64,000 bases of DNA from Candidatus Ozemobacteraceae bacterium (GTDB lineage Bacteria; Muiribacteriota; Ozemobacteria; Ozemobacterales; Ozemobacteraceae), in NCBI GenBank assembly GCA_965140445.1, contig OZ223236.1:2688001-2752000 (forward strand), read 5' to 3'. The notes beneath the pieces were generated by a model. The model was not told the DNA's origin, searched no databases, and saw nothing but the letters and a program-made list of their open reading frames with translations. The position numbers and the translations under genes were made by a program. Position 1 is the first letter of the stretch, and each line of letters opens with the position of its first letter. This document shows positions 45,954 to 56,102 of the stretch, piece after piece.

Positions 45954-47069
45954 TTAACCACCCAGGGCATTTTTGATTTTATCAAAAATTGATTTTCCCG
46001 AACCAATGCCCGTAGCTTTTGATTCTGGATCTTCCTGAGCAAGAAGGGTGAGTAGTTCCCTTTGTTTCGCGCTGATTTCTGTTGGGGTTCTTACAAATAT
46101 TTTTACCAGTTGATCGCCCTGGCCACCTCTTAGAGACTTAACTCCGTAGCTTCTAAGCCTGAAGACTTTGCCAGTTTGTGTTCCTTCTGGAATTTTAATT
46201 TTTACAACACCTTTGAGGGTAGGAACTTCCACTTCACCGCCAAGAGCTGCAAGAGGGAAGGTGATATTCTTTTCACAGATAATATCATCGCCGATTCTTT
46301 CAAAGAAATCATGCTTACCAACGCTAAGAATAATATAAAGGCTTCCACTGGGGCCGCCCTTTTCTCCTGGTTCACCTTCGCCAGCTAGTTTCAATTTACT
46401 GCCGGTTTCAACTCCAGGAGGAATTTTAACGTCGATTTTCTGTGAATGCTTTGTGCGACCTGAACCATTACAAGGTTTACATGGCTTGTCCACAATTTCA
46501 CCTTCACCCTGACATTGATGACAGGTTCTTTGAATTGAAAAGAAGCCCTGAGCCAGAGAAATAGTGCCTTTTCCTTTACAAACTGGACAAACTTTTCTTC
46601 CGCTGCCAGTTTCTGCTCCAGAGCCGCCGCATGTGGTGCAATTTCTGGATTTATTGACGGTAATCTCTTTGTCGCAGCCGAAAACAGCTTCTTCAAATGA
46701 AATTTCCAGATCATATCTTAAGTCAGAACCTCGTCTGGGACCTCGTCTCTGAGAGCCGGAGCCGCCAAAAAAGTCTGAAAGAATATCGCCAAAGATGTCT
46801 CCAAATCCACCAAATCCGCCCATATCCTGGTAATTAAAGCCGTTAGGATCAATTCCTGCATGCCCAAATTGGTCATAGGCAGAACGTTTCTGTGGATCAG
46901 AAAGGACCTGATATGCTTCGTTGATTTCTTTGAATTTCTCAACAGCATCATCGCCTTTATTGATATCAGGATGGTATTTGCGTGCAAGATTCCTGAAAGC
47001 ACGTTTTATTTCGCCGTCGTCGGCATTTTTTGGAATGCCAAGGACTTCGTAGTAATCTTGTTTGGCCAT
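45954..47069 (-). CDS. dnaJ: Chaperone DnaJ
   Basis: J-domain with HPD, G/F region, four CxxCxGxG repeats. Confidence 0.97.
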   Translation of the reverse strand: MAKQDYYEVLGIPKNADDGEIKRAFRNLARKYHPDINKGDDAVEKFKEINEAYQVLSDPQKRSAYDQFGHAGIDPNGFNYQDMGGFGGFGDIFGDILSDFFGGSGSQRRGPRRGSDLRYDLEISFEEAVFGCDKEITVNKSRNCTTCGGSGAETGSGRKVCPVCKGKGTISLAQGFFSIQRTCHQCQGEGEIVDKPCKPCNGSGRTKHSQKIDVKIPPGVETGSKLKLAGEGEPGEKGGPSGSLYIILSVGKHDFFERIGDDIICEKNITFPLAALGGEVEVPTLKGVVKIKIPEGTQTGKVFRLRSYGVKSLRGGQGDQLVKIFVRTPTEISAKQRELLTLLAQEDPESKATGIGSGKSIFDKIKNALGG

Positions 47070-47171
47070 TCATGTCTCCCTTAGTATTTGCGTTGATGTA
47101 TGTTTTGGCCACATCCTGCACAAAATACAGCTCCAGGGCCTCGTTAAAGACCCTGGAGTTGAATATCAGTG

Positions 47172-49043
47172 TTAGTCTGCTTTCTTGAATTCAGCGTCTA
47201 CAACGTTTTCGTCATCATTCGCTGATCCGGCTTCCTGAGTTGATTCAGCCTGTTCTGCTCCTGGATTACCCTGACCAGGTGCTTGTCCCTGAGCCTGTTG
47301 AGCTTGCTGATAAAGCATTTCGCCAAGTTTCTGAGCAGTTGTTTGAAGGTCTTCAGATTTTGCTTTAATTTGAGCAACATCTTTAGTTTCAAGGGCAGCT
47401 TTAAGTTCTTGAACTTTTGCATCAACAGTATTTTTAAGATCTTCAGGAACTTTATCTGCAAGTTCTTTTAAGGTCTTTTCTGTTTGGTAAACAAGGCTTT
47501 CAGCATTATTTACTGTTTCAATCTTATCTTTCTGTTCAGCATCTTCTTTTGCATACTGTTCAGCTTCTTTGATCATCTTATCGATGTCATCTTTATTTAA
47601 GCCTGAGCTGTTTGTGATTGTAATGGCCTGTTCTTTACCAGTTCCGTGGTCTTTAGCAGAAACGTTAACAATACCATTGGCATCGATGTCAAAAGTAACT
47701 TCAATCTGAGGAATACCGCGTGGCGCTGGTGGAATTCCAACAAGATCAAATCTGCCAAGTGTTTTGTTGTCAGAAGCAAGCTGTCTTTCACCCTGAAGAA
47801 CATGAACAGATACTGCTGGCTGATTGTCAGCTGCTGTTGAGAATACCTGGCTTTTCTTTGTCGGAATTGTTGTGTTTCTTGCTATGAGAGTAGTCATAAC
47901 TCCGCCAAGAGTTTCGATTCCGAGAGAGAGTGGAGTAACATCAAGAAGAAGAACGTCTTTTACTTCACCTTGTAAAATTCCAGCCTGAATTGCAGCACCC
48001 ATAGAAACGCATTCCATTGGGTCAACGCCTCTTTCTGGATCTTTTCCAAAATGAGTTTTGAGAAGGTTCTGAATGATTGGCATTCTGGTTGGACCACCAA
48101 CCATGATGATATGATCTACTTCATTTCTCTTCAAACCAGCATCATTAAGGGCATTATCAATTGGAGCTTTACATCTTTCAATTACGAAATCAACCAATTC
48201 TTCCAGTTTAGATCTGGTGATGGTCATAACAAGATGTTTTGGACCTTCAGCGGTTGCAGTGATGAAAGGCTGATTGATATCAGTAGTATTAGTTGTTGAA
48301 AGTTCAATCTTTGCTTTTTCAGCGGCATCTCTGATTCTCTGGATTGCCATAGAATCTTTAGAAAGATCGATTCCTTCCTGTTTCTGGAAATCCTTAACGA
48401 TGTAATCAACGATGGCGGCATCCATGTCTGTTCCGCCGAGTTTTGTATCACCGTTTGTAGAAAGAACTTCAAATACACCATTACCAAGTTCAAGAATGGT
48501 TACGTCAAGAGTTCCGCCACCAAGGTCAAATACAAGGATTTTTCTTTCGCCTTCTTTATCAAGACCATAAGCCAAAGCTGCTGCAGTTGGCTCATTAATA
48601 ATTCTTTTTACTTCGATACCAGCAATTGCGCCAGCGTCTTTAGTTGCTTGTCTCTGTGCATCATCGAAATATGCAGGAACAGTAATAACTGCGCCAGTAA
48701 CCTTATCATTCAAAAATGCTTCAGCATCTCTTTTGATTTTCTGAAGAATAAAAGCGGAGATTTCCTGTGGTGTATATTCCTTATCATCCACTTTGATTTT
48801 TTCTTTTCCGCCCATTTTTCTTTTAACAGCGCTGATGGTTCTATCAGGGTTAGTAGCTGCCTGTCTTCTTGCAGGTTCCCCGATAAGTCTTTGGCCATCT
48901 TTGGTAAAAGCCACAACGCTAGGGAAAGCTTTTCCACCTATGGAATTGCCTTCTGCGCTTGGAATGATAACAGGCTTGCCGCCTTCAATAACGGAAGCAG
49001 CTGAGTTGGAAGTTCCTAAATCGATACCGATAACTCGTGACAT
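47172..49043 (-). CDS. dnaK: Chaperone DnaK (Hsp70)
   Basis: [50 protein letters not shown]. Confidence 0.98.
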   Translation of the reverse strand: MSRVIGIDLGTSNSAASVIEGGKPVIIPSAEGNSIGGKAFPSVVAFTKDGQRLIGEPARRQAATNPDRTISAVKRKMGGKEKIKVDDKEYTPQEISAFILQKIKRDAEAFLNDKVTGAVITVPAYFDDAQRQATKDAGAIAGIEVKRIINEPTAAALAYGLDKEGERKILVFDLGGGTLDVTILELGNGVFEVLSTNGDTKLGGTDMDAAIVDYIVKDFQKQEGIDLSKDSMAIQRIRDAAEKAKIELSTTNTTDINQPFITATAEGPKHLVMTITRSKLEELVDFVIERCKAPIDNALNDAGLKRNEVDHIIMVGGPTRMPIIQNLLKTHFGKDPERGVDPMECVSMGAAIQAGILQGEVKDVLLLDVTPLSLGIETLGGVMTTLIARNTTIPTKKSQVFSTAADNQPAVSVHVLQGERQLASDNKTLGRFDLVGIPPAPRGIPQIEVTFDIDANGIVNVSAKDHGTGKEQAITITNSSGLNKDDIDKMIKEAEQYAKEDAEQKDKIETVNNAESLVYQTEKTLKELADKVPEDLKNTVDAKVQELKAALETKDVAQIKAKSEDLQTTAQKLGEMLYQQAQQAQGQAPGQGNPGAEQAESTQEAGSANDDENVVDAEFKKAD

Positions 49044-49071
49044 GTATTTCCTCCTGTAGAGTAAGAATTAC

Positions 49072-49644
49072 TTACTTGTGATTAATTTCAACTTTTGCGG
49101 TTCTAAGAACTCTGTCTTTAAACGTGTAACCTTTTTCATACTCGGTTAGAACGACTTCATCATCATGTTCATCAACAGTTCTTTTGCACATGGCTTCATG
49201 AAAGTTAGGATCAAATTTGTTTCCTTTAGCAGGAATTTCCTTGAGCCCTTCTTTTTCAAGCACGTCAGTGAACTGAATGGAGAACATTTCCAGGCCATCC
49301 ATGACCTTTTTATCAATCTGAATCTTGGAAATCTGCTCCATAGCTTTTTCCATTGTGTCGAGAACTGGCAATAGCTTTTTCACAAAATCTTCGGTTCCTC
49401 TTGACCTTGCTTCTAAAACTTCTCTTGCTGCACGTCTCTGAAGATTTTGATAATCGGCGAGAGCTCGCTGGTAGCGTTTTTTCATCTCATCCAATTCTTT
49501 TGTAAGCTTTTCTGCTTCGCTTACAATTTCCTCTTCAGAAACTTCTTCAGTTTCGACGGCTTCACCTGAAGTGTTTCCTTCTTCTGCGGCTTCAGCATCA
49601 AGCTTGCTGTTATCCACGTCCTGGTTTGTCTTTTCCTGCGTCAT
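49072..49644 (-). CDS. grpE: Nucleotide exchange factor GrpE
   Basis: ADYQNLQRR, LLPVLD, FDPNFHEA, GY...RVLR.AKV. Confidence 0.95.
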   Translation of the reverse strand: MTQEKTNQDVDNSKLDAEAAEEGNTSGEAVETEEVSEEEIVSEAEKLTKELDEMKKRYQRALADYQNLQRRAAREVLEARSRGTEDFVKKLLPVLDTMEKAMEQISKIQIDKKVMDGLEMFSIQFTDVLEKEGLKEIPAKGNKFDPNFHEAMCKRTVDEHDDEVVLTEYEKGYTFKDRVLRTAKVEINHK

Positions 49645-49657
49645 TATTTCACCTTAT

Positions 49658-50785
49658 CTAAAATTGCTTTTTACCAATAATATGATCTTCAATATTAGTG
49701 CCACTTATTAGTAGCTTACTAAGGGTTGTTGATAGTTTGGAAAGAGTTGCAACAACTCTTCCGTAATCCATTCTAAGCGGTCCAATTAAACCTATTTGTC
49801 CTAGCGACTTATTCGGTCCTTCGTATTTTGCTGTAACAATAGACAAATCCTTAACTTCCAACCCAGAATCGGAACCTATGTTTACCATTATCTGTTCTTC
49901 TCTTTCAAGGGTTTTTGCAAGAAGTTTTAAAAAGCTTTCCTTATGATCTAAAAGGCTGATCATTTTCTTCATTTTTTCAGGGGCATTAAACTCTGGCTGT
50001 TCAAAAAAATTAACAAAACCTTCAAGGAAAAGAGAATCGCTTTCTTTATTATTAAGTGCGTTTCTAATTCTTCCGACCAATTGGCCCAAAAGGTCATTGT
50101 ATTTTGAAAGCAGGCGTTGTGTGTTCAAAATAAAATCCTGCTCATATTGATGATACTTACTGTGACAAAGCTGAGCATTTAAAAGAACGCCCAATTTCTC
50201 GATTACTTCGTCACTCATTTTTGCGGGAATGGTGACAAGCTGATCTGTAATGTTTCCAAGTTCATCAATTAAAACAAGCATTGCCTTGTCTTCTAAGACA
50301 CGAAAAATTCTTATGGTTTTAAGTGTAGAAATAGCTCTGCGTGGAGAAATAGCAATTCCAGCCAGTTGAGTTTCCTGGCAGGCAAATTTTATTGCAGATT
50401 TTAAAAGATCTTGTTGAGCGTGGTGTCGTTCCTGAGACTTCAAAAGAAGTTTGCCAAGCATTTCTTCTTCTAGTTGGTTAACCTGCTCATATTTGATAAG
50501 AAAATTAACGTAAAATCGGTAGCCTTTTTCCGTTGGAACTCTTCCTGCTGAAGTATGAGGGGAGGTTAAATAACCCATCATTTCAAGGTCAGCCATCTCA
50601 TTACGGATTGTGGCGGGTGAACAGGACAAAATGCCAGAACGGGAAAGTGTTCTGGAGCCAACTGGTGTTCCTGTTTCAATAAAAGCTTTGCAAACTTCTT
50701 TTAAAACAGTTTTTTGTCTGTCATCCAGTGGTTCTGGCTGATCAGGGCTGTTGGTTTTTGAATTTGCAAAGATTGAGCTGTTCAT
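49658..50785 (-). CDS. hrcA: Heat-inducible transcription repressor HrcA
   Basis: PVGSRTL, SPATIRNEMADLE..GYL..PHTSAGRVPT, IGP.RMDY. Confidence 0.96.
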   Translation of the reverse strand: MNSSIFANSKTNSPDQPEPLDDRQKTVLKEVCKAFIETGTPVGSRTLSRSGILSCSPATIRNEMADLEMMGYLTSPHTSAGRVPTEKGYRFYVNFLIKYEQVNQLEEEMLGKLLLKSQERHHAQQDLLKSAIKFACQETQLAGIAISPRRAISTLKTIRIFRVLEDKAMLVLIDELGNITDQLVTIPAKMSDEVIEKLGVLLNAQLCHSKYHQYEQDFILNTQRLLSKYNDLLGQLVGRIRNALNNKESDSLFLEGFVNFFEQPEFNAPEKMKKMISLLDHKESFLKLLAKTLEREEQIMVNIGSDSGLEVKDLSIVTAKYEGPNKSLGQIGLIGPLRMDYGRVVATLSKLSTTLSKLLISGTNIEDHIIGKKQF

Positions 50786-50842
50786 TCTTTAAATCCTGTG
50801 AGGAGTGCCGCCCCCAATTTTGAAGGCGGCACTTATTCATGC

Positions 50843-52465
50843 TTAGTAGTCCATATCCATGGATGAATTATTGTTTTTCTTATCTTTTTCTGGTGCTTCT
50901 GCAACAAGGACTTCTGTGGTAAGAAGGATTGATGCAATTGAGGCAGCATTCTGAAGTGCAGATCTGGTTACTTTTGCAGGATCAATGATGCCAGCAGCAT
51001 ACATATCAGTGTATTCGTCAGCAGTTACATCATAACCATATCCGTTTTTATCAGAAGAAATGAGTTTTTCAATAATTACTGATGGTTCAAGGCCAGCGTT
51101 GGTCAGAATCATACGAACTGGAGCATACAGAGCTTTGCGAACGATATTAACGCCAACAAGTTCTTCTTCAGTGCCTTTGATACCATCGAGAGCTTTCAGA
51201 GCGTTAAGGTAAGTAACTCCACCACCAGCTACAACGCCTTCTTCTACTGCGGCGCGAGTTGCGCTAAGAGCATCTTCAACTCTGGTTTTGCGTTCCTTCA
51301 TTTCGGTTTCAGTGGCTGCGCCAACCTTAATTACTGCAACGCCACCAGCCAATTTGGCCAGTCTTTCCTGGAGTTTTTCCTTGTCGTATGAGCTGGTGCT
51401 GTTTTCGATTTCAGCTTTAATCTGATTGATTCTGTTTTTTAGATCTTCAGTGTTGCCAACGCCTTCAACGATAGTTGTCATTTCTTTAGTTACAACAACT
51501 TTTTTGGCGCGACCGAGCATGTCAACTGTAGTATTTTCAATTTTCATGCCCAGTTCTTCACTGACTTTCTGACCACCAGTAAGAACAGCTATATCTTCAA
51601 GCATTGCTTTTCTGCGATCTCCAAAGCCAGGGGCTTTAACTGCTACACAGTTGAAAGTTCCTCTGAGTTTGTTAACAACGAGAGTTGCAAGAGCTTCGCC
51701 TTCAATGTCTTCTGCAATGATGAGAAGAGGGCGGTTAAGCTGGACGATTTTTTCCAGAAGAGGAAGAACTTCTTTGATGTTGTTGATTTTGTTTTCAGTA
51801 AGAAGGATATAAGGATCTTCAAGAACGGCTTCCATTCTTTCGTGATCATTAACCATGTAAGGACTTACATAGCCTTTATCAAATTCCATACCGTCTACAA
51901 ACTCAAGAGTGGTATCAAAGCTCTGTGCTTCTTCAACTGTGATAACGCCATCTTTTCCAACTTTATCCATGGCTTCAGCAATGATTTTGCCGATTTCGCT
52001 ATCTCTGGCAGATATAGTTGCAACCTGAGCAACGCTATCTTTTTTATCATCAATTTGTTTTGAAAGGTTCTGGATTTCTTTAACAACTGCTTCTACAGCT
52101 GTTTCAATTCCGCGCTTAAGATAAATTGTGTTTGCGCCGGCGGCTACGTTTTTGAAGCCTTCCTGAACGATGGCCTGGGCCAAAACAGTTGCTGTTGTAG
52201 TTCCGTCTCCGGCAACATCATTAGTTTTGCTGGCAACTTCTTTTACGAGCTGAGCGCCCATGTTTTCAAATTTATCTTCTACTTCAATTTCTTTTGCAAT
52301 TGTAACGCCATCATTTGTTACTGTTGGGCTGCCAAACTTTTTATCAAGAATGGCATAACAACCTTTTGGTCCTAATGTGGCTCTAACTGCGTTAGCAACA
52401 AGATTTACACCTGTTTCAAGTGAATGTCTTGCTTCTTCCCAGTATTTAAGCTGTTTTGCTGTCAT
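50843..52465 (-). CDS. groL: Chaperonin GroEL, second copy (no GGM tail)
   Basis: [27 protein letters not shown]; ends [10 protein letters not shown]. Confidence 0.97.
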   Translation of the reverse strand: MTAKQLKYWEEARHSLETGVNLVANAVRATLGPKGCYAILDKKFGSPTVTNDGVTIAKEIEVEDKFENMGAQLVKEVASKTNDVAGDGTTTATVLAQAIVQEGFKNVAAGANTIYLKRGIETAVEAVVKEIQNLSKQIDDKKDSVAQVATISARDSEIGKIIAEAMDKVGKDGVITVEEAQSFDTTLEFVDGMEFDKGYVSPYMVNDHERMEAVLEDPYILLTENKINNIKEVLPLLEKIVQLNRPLLIIAEDIEGEALATLVVNKLRGTFNCVAVKAPGFGDRRKAMLEDIAVLTGGQKVSEELGMKIENTTVDMLGRAKKVVVTKEMTTIVEGVGNTEDLKNRINQIKAEIENSTSSYDKEKLQERLAKLAGGVAVIKVGAATETEMKERKTRVEDALSATRAAVEEGVVAGGGVTYLNALKALDGIKGTEEELVGVNIVRKALYAPVRMILTNAGLEPSVIIEKLISSDKNGYGYDVTADEYTDMYAAGIIDPAKVTRSALQNAASIASILLTTEVLVAEAPEKDKKNNNSSMDMDY

Positions 52466-52494
52466 ATAAATCCTCCTGGAATTTTGAGACGCAA

Positions 52495-52785
52495 TTAATC
52501 AACGATTGCGAGGATATCTTCTTCTCTAAGAATGAGATAATTTTCGCCTTCAATTTTGATTTCAGTGCCGGCATATTTTGAGAAAATAACTTTATTGTCA
52601 GGTTTTACTTCGAGAGCAACTCTCTGGCCTGCGTCAGTTAATTTTCCAGGTCCTGCAGCTACTACAGTTCCTTCAATTGGTTTTTCTTTGCTTGCTGTAT
52701 CGGGGAGAATTACTCCGCCTTTTGATTTTTCTACAGATTCTTTTGGTTTTACGATGACTCTGTCATTCAATGGTTTAAGATTCAT
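52495..52785 (-). CDS. groS: Co-chaperonin GroES, second copy
   Basis: [28 protein letters not shown]. Confidence 0.97.
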   Translation of the reverse strand: MNLKPLNDRVIVKPKESVEKSKGGVILPDTASKEKPIEGTVVAAGPGKLTDAGQRVALEVKPDNKVIFSKYAGTEIKIEGENYLILREEDILAIVD

Positions 52786-52865
52786 GGAAATTTCCTCCTG
52801 ATAGTCTTATTCAATTCAAATTTTGGGATCTGCAGGGGATTATCCCCCGCAGGAAAAGTTTTTTC

Positions 52866-54524
52866 TTACATCATTCCTGGCATGCCCATGCCGCCCATTC
52901 CTGGCATTCCCATTCCAGCTGGCATTCCGCCACCGGCACCGTTTTCTTCTGGGATATCTGCAACAAGAACTTCTGTGGTCATGAGGATAGAAGCGATTGA
53001 TGAAGCATTCTGCAGAGCTGATCTGGTTACTTTTGCAGGATCAATGATTCCAGCCTGGAACATATCAATGTATTCATTAGTTAACACGTTGTAACCATAA
53101 CCAACTTTGTTTTCCTGTTTGATTTTTTCGATGATAACTGCTGGCTCAAGTCCTGCATTACCAAGGATAAAATGGATTGGTTTCTGAAGAGCTTTGCGAA
53201 CGATTTCAACGCCGATTTTTTCGTCGCCTTCTACTTTAAGATCTTCAAGAGCTGTAAGAGCGTTAAGGAGAGCAACTCCGCCGCCAGCTACAACGCCTTC
53301 TTCAACTGCAGCACGAGTAGCACTGAGAGCGTCTTCAACTCTGGTTTTTCTTTCTTTCATGGCTGTTTCAGTAGCTGCACCAACTTTAATTACTGCAACG
53401 CCGCCTGAAAGCTTGGCAAGTCTTTCCTGGAGTTTTTCTTTATCATATGAGCTTGAGCTTCTATCGATTTCAGCTTTAAGCTGAGCGATTCTTGCTTGGA
53501 TTTCTTCTGCTGTTCCAGCGCCTTCGATAATTGTTGTTCCTTCTTTAGAAATAACAACTTTTTTGGCCTGACCAAGTTGCTCAAGAGTAGCAGTTTCGAG
53601 CTTCATTCCAAGTTCTTCACTGATTTTTGTTCCTCTTGTGAGAACTGCGATATCTTCAAGCATAGCTTTTCTTCTGTCGCCAAAAGCAGGAGCTTTAACA
53701 GCTACACAGTTGAAAGTTCCTCTGAGTTTGTTAACTACGAGAGTTGCAAGTGCTTCACCTTCGATATCTTCAGCAATGATAAGGAGAGGTTTTTTTGATT
53801 GAACGATGCTTTCAAGAACTGGAAGGATATCTTTGATGTTATTAATTTTGCTGTCAGTGATAAGAATGTAAGGATTATCCAAAACGGCTTCCATTCTTTC
53901 TGAATCGGTAACCATATAAGGGCTTACATAACCTTTATCAAATTCCATACCTTCTACGAAATCAAGAGTTGTGTCAAAGCTTTTTGCTTCTTCAACTGTG
54001 ATAACGCCATCTTTTCCAACTTTATCCATGGCTTCGGCAATTACTTTTCCGATTTCAGGATCACGAGCTGAGATGGTAGCAACCTGAGCTACGCTATCTT
54101 TATTGTCATCGATTCTTTTAGACTGTTCTTTGATTTTATCAACAACAGCTTTTACTGCTTTTTCGATACCGCGTTTAATGTAAATAGGTGTTGCACCAGC
54201 GGCAGTATTTTTAAAACCTTCGTGTACGATTGCCTGAGCGAGAACAGTTGCTGTAGTTGTACCATCACCAGCGATGTCGTTGGTTTTGCTTGCAACTTCT
54301 TTTACGAGCTGAGCGCCCATGTTTTCGAAACGGTCTTCAACTTCAATTTCTTTAGCAATCATAACGCCGTCATTAGTAACGGTTGGGCTGCCAAAGCTTT
54401 TGTTCAAGATTGCATAACAACCTTTTGGTCCAAGAGTTGAACGTACTGCATTTGCTACTGTGTCAACGCCTTTTTCAAGTGATCGTCTTGCTTTTTCACC
54501 GTATCTTAGTTGTTTCGCTGCCAT
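52866..54524 (-). CDS. groL: Chaperonin GroEL, first copy (GGM tail)
   Basis: Same conserved motifs; ends [22 protein letters not shown]. Confidence 0.97.
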   Translation of the reverse strand: MAAKQLRYGEKARRSLEKGVDTVANAVRSTLGPKGCYAILNKSFGSPTVTNDGVMIAKEIEVEDRFENMGAQLVKEVASKTNDIAGDGTTTATVLAQAIVHEGFKNTAAGATPIYIKRGIEKAVKAVVDKIKEQSKRIDDNKDSVAQVATISARDPEIGKVIAEAMDKVGKDGVITVEEAKSFDTTLDFVEGMEFDKGYVSPYMVTDSERMEAVLDNPYILITDSKINNIKDILPVLESIVQSKKPLLIIAEDIEGEALATLVVNKLRGTFNCVAVKAPAFGDRRKAMLEDIAVLTRGTKISEELGMKLETATLEQLGQAKKVVISKEGTTIIEGAGTAEEIQARIAQLKAEIDRSSSSYDKEKLQERLAKLSGGVAVIKVGAATETAMKERKTRVEDALSATRAAVEEGVVAGGGVALLNALTALEDLKVEGDEKIGVEIVRKALQKPIHFILGNAGLEPAVIIEKIKQENKVGYGYNVLTNEYIDMFQAGIIDPAKVTRSALQNASSIASILMTTEVLVADIPEENGAGGGMPAGMGMPGMGGMGMPGMM

Positions 54525-54558
54525 TTATTTTCTCCTTAAATAAGTTATTTTTACTTGA

Positions 54559-54849
54559 TTAATTTTCTACTGCGAGAATGTCTTCTTCTTTCATTATCAG
54601 GTGTTTTTCACCTTCGAATGTAACTTCAGTTCCTGCCCATTCTCCGAATATAACCTTATCGCCTTCTTTAACCTGCATGGGTATTAGATTGCCTTTAGGG
54701 TCAGTGATGCCTTTTCCGACAAAAATAACTTTGCCGCTTTTTGGTCGTGCTTTAGAGGCCGTGTCGGGAATGATTATCCCGAAGCTGGTTTTTGTTTCGG
54801 CTTCTTCTGCTTTAACGATGATTCTATTCCCGGTTGGGATTAGTTTCAT
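54559..54849 (-). CDS. groS: Co-chaperonin GroES, first copy
   Basis: PTGNRIIV, GIIIPD, EWAGTE, EEDILA. Confidence 0.95.
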   Translation of the reverse strand: MKLIPTGNRIIVKAEEAETKTSFGIIIPDTASKARPKSGKVIFVGKGITDPKGNLIPMQVKEGDKVIFGEWAGTEVTFEGEKHLIMKEEDILAVEN

Positions 54850-54879
54850 GACACCCTCCTCAATAGATTTTTTAAGCTG

Positions 54880-54906
54880 TTAGCACTCGTTTGCGTTGAG
54901 TGCTAA
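54880..54906. promoter_or_regulatory. CIRCE element (HrcA operator)
   Basis: Perfect TTAGCACTC-N9-GAGTGCTAA 30 nt upstream of groES; arms extend to 12 bp (54877-54909). Confidence 0.97.
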
Positions 54907-55269
54907 CAGAGCATAATATAAATCAACGGGAAAAACAATAAAAGTTAAAAAATAATTAAATTCACTTAATTGAGCATAAAAAATAACAATTAGTTCCTTT
55001 TAGAATTGAAAATTGCAAAAAAACTCAAAAAATCTTTAAAAACCTTAAAAAAATAATTAATTCGAAACAAATTAGTTTGTTTAAGCGTAGATATTTATAG
55101 GGGATAAAAGTTCTATCTTAGGTTGTCAGTTAATCAGGAAAGTTGGAATTACTTTGCCTTGAATCTCATTGACCAGAAATGCTTCATTGAAAGTTTATCT
55201 TGAGTAGAGTAGAATAGTATGTCTTAAACAGTAGATAGAGCAGAGAGAATATTTGCAGGCCAAAAGAAA

Positions 55270-56091
55270 ATGAGTGAAAAAAAACCAATAAAAATTGATG
55301 TAAGTGATATTAAGTTTCTAATCCTGGGGATCGTTCTTCTTATTGTCCCTATTTTGATTATTTTTTATGTTTCTTCTGGCTCCAAGAGGGGAGGAGCGAT
55401 AAATTCAGCTAAGAGTAGACTTGGAATGAACAAGAAGGCTTTTTCGTTTACACGCGTGCAAAAAGCTAGTTATGGGCAAAAACCAAAGAACGTTGCTGGT
55501 GGTTCCTTTTCATCTAGTGGCAGCTCTGGAAGGCGTGGGCCATCTAAACCTGATGATGAATGGAAGGCCGCTGTTGACCGCATAATGAAAGCAAAAGCTT
55601 ATATTCCGCCTCAGGTTCAGGCATTACCCAAAGAGCAGCGCTGGTATTATGAAGCTGAAATGAATAAAGACATTAGAATGGCAAACGTTTATCTTGCGCA
55701 GGGAAATCTTGCACAGGCGAAAAAGCTTTGTAAGGAGCTTTTGAAAAGTGAGCCCGATAATGTGGTCCTTCGTTTAATGGCTTCAGGAAATCTTTGTGAA
55801 ATATATGAGCGCGAAGGTGATACCAATTCTCTGCGCAAAGAATTCTATAGATATCTTGATTTAATTACAAAGTTAAAGATTGATGGTTTTAAGGTTGATA
55901 ATCTTAAAGTGGGAATCATGTCGATCAGTAAACTTGCCCTTAAAGGGAAGCAAATGACTTCAGATCCCAGAATTAGTGCAAATATTGCTTCTTCTTTAAA
56001 GCAAAGCAATTTGTCTGGGAAAATCAGTGAAAGTGAAGCTGTAGACAATAGTTTAAAATTGTTTAGAAGTTTTCCTGCGGTTGAAGAATGA
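55270..56091 (+). CDS. Membrane-anchored protein with a TPR-like helix pair
   Basis: Single N-terminal TM helix, Ser/Gly linker, ANVYLAQGN..QA..L...L..EPDN. Confidence 0.65.
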   Translation: MSEKKPIKIDVSDIKFLILGIVLLIVPILIIFYVSSGSKRGGAINSAKSRLGMNKKAFSFTRVQKASYGQKPKNVAGGSFSSSGSSGRRGPSKPDDEWKAAVDRIMKAKAYIPPQVQALPKEQRWYYEAEMNKDIRMANVYLAQGNLAQAKKLCKELLKSEPDNVVLRLMASGNLCEIYEREGDTNSLRKEFYRYLDLITKLKIDGFKVDNLKVGIMSISKLALKGKQMTSDPRISANIASSLKQSNLSGKISESEAVDNSLKLFRSFPAVEE

Positions 56092-56102
56092 GGGGGGCCA
56101 TT

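Noticed and set aside
50801..50835. GAGTGC...GCACT upstream of hrcA as a second CIRCE
   Set aside because: Arms are in the opposite order with the wrong spacing; better explained as an RNA hairpin
46176..54883. Many short antisense and alternate-frame ORFs over the chaperone genes (and similar ones elsewhere)
   Set aside because: They overlap well-supported genes and have no motifs; expected shadows of biased codon usage
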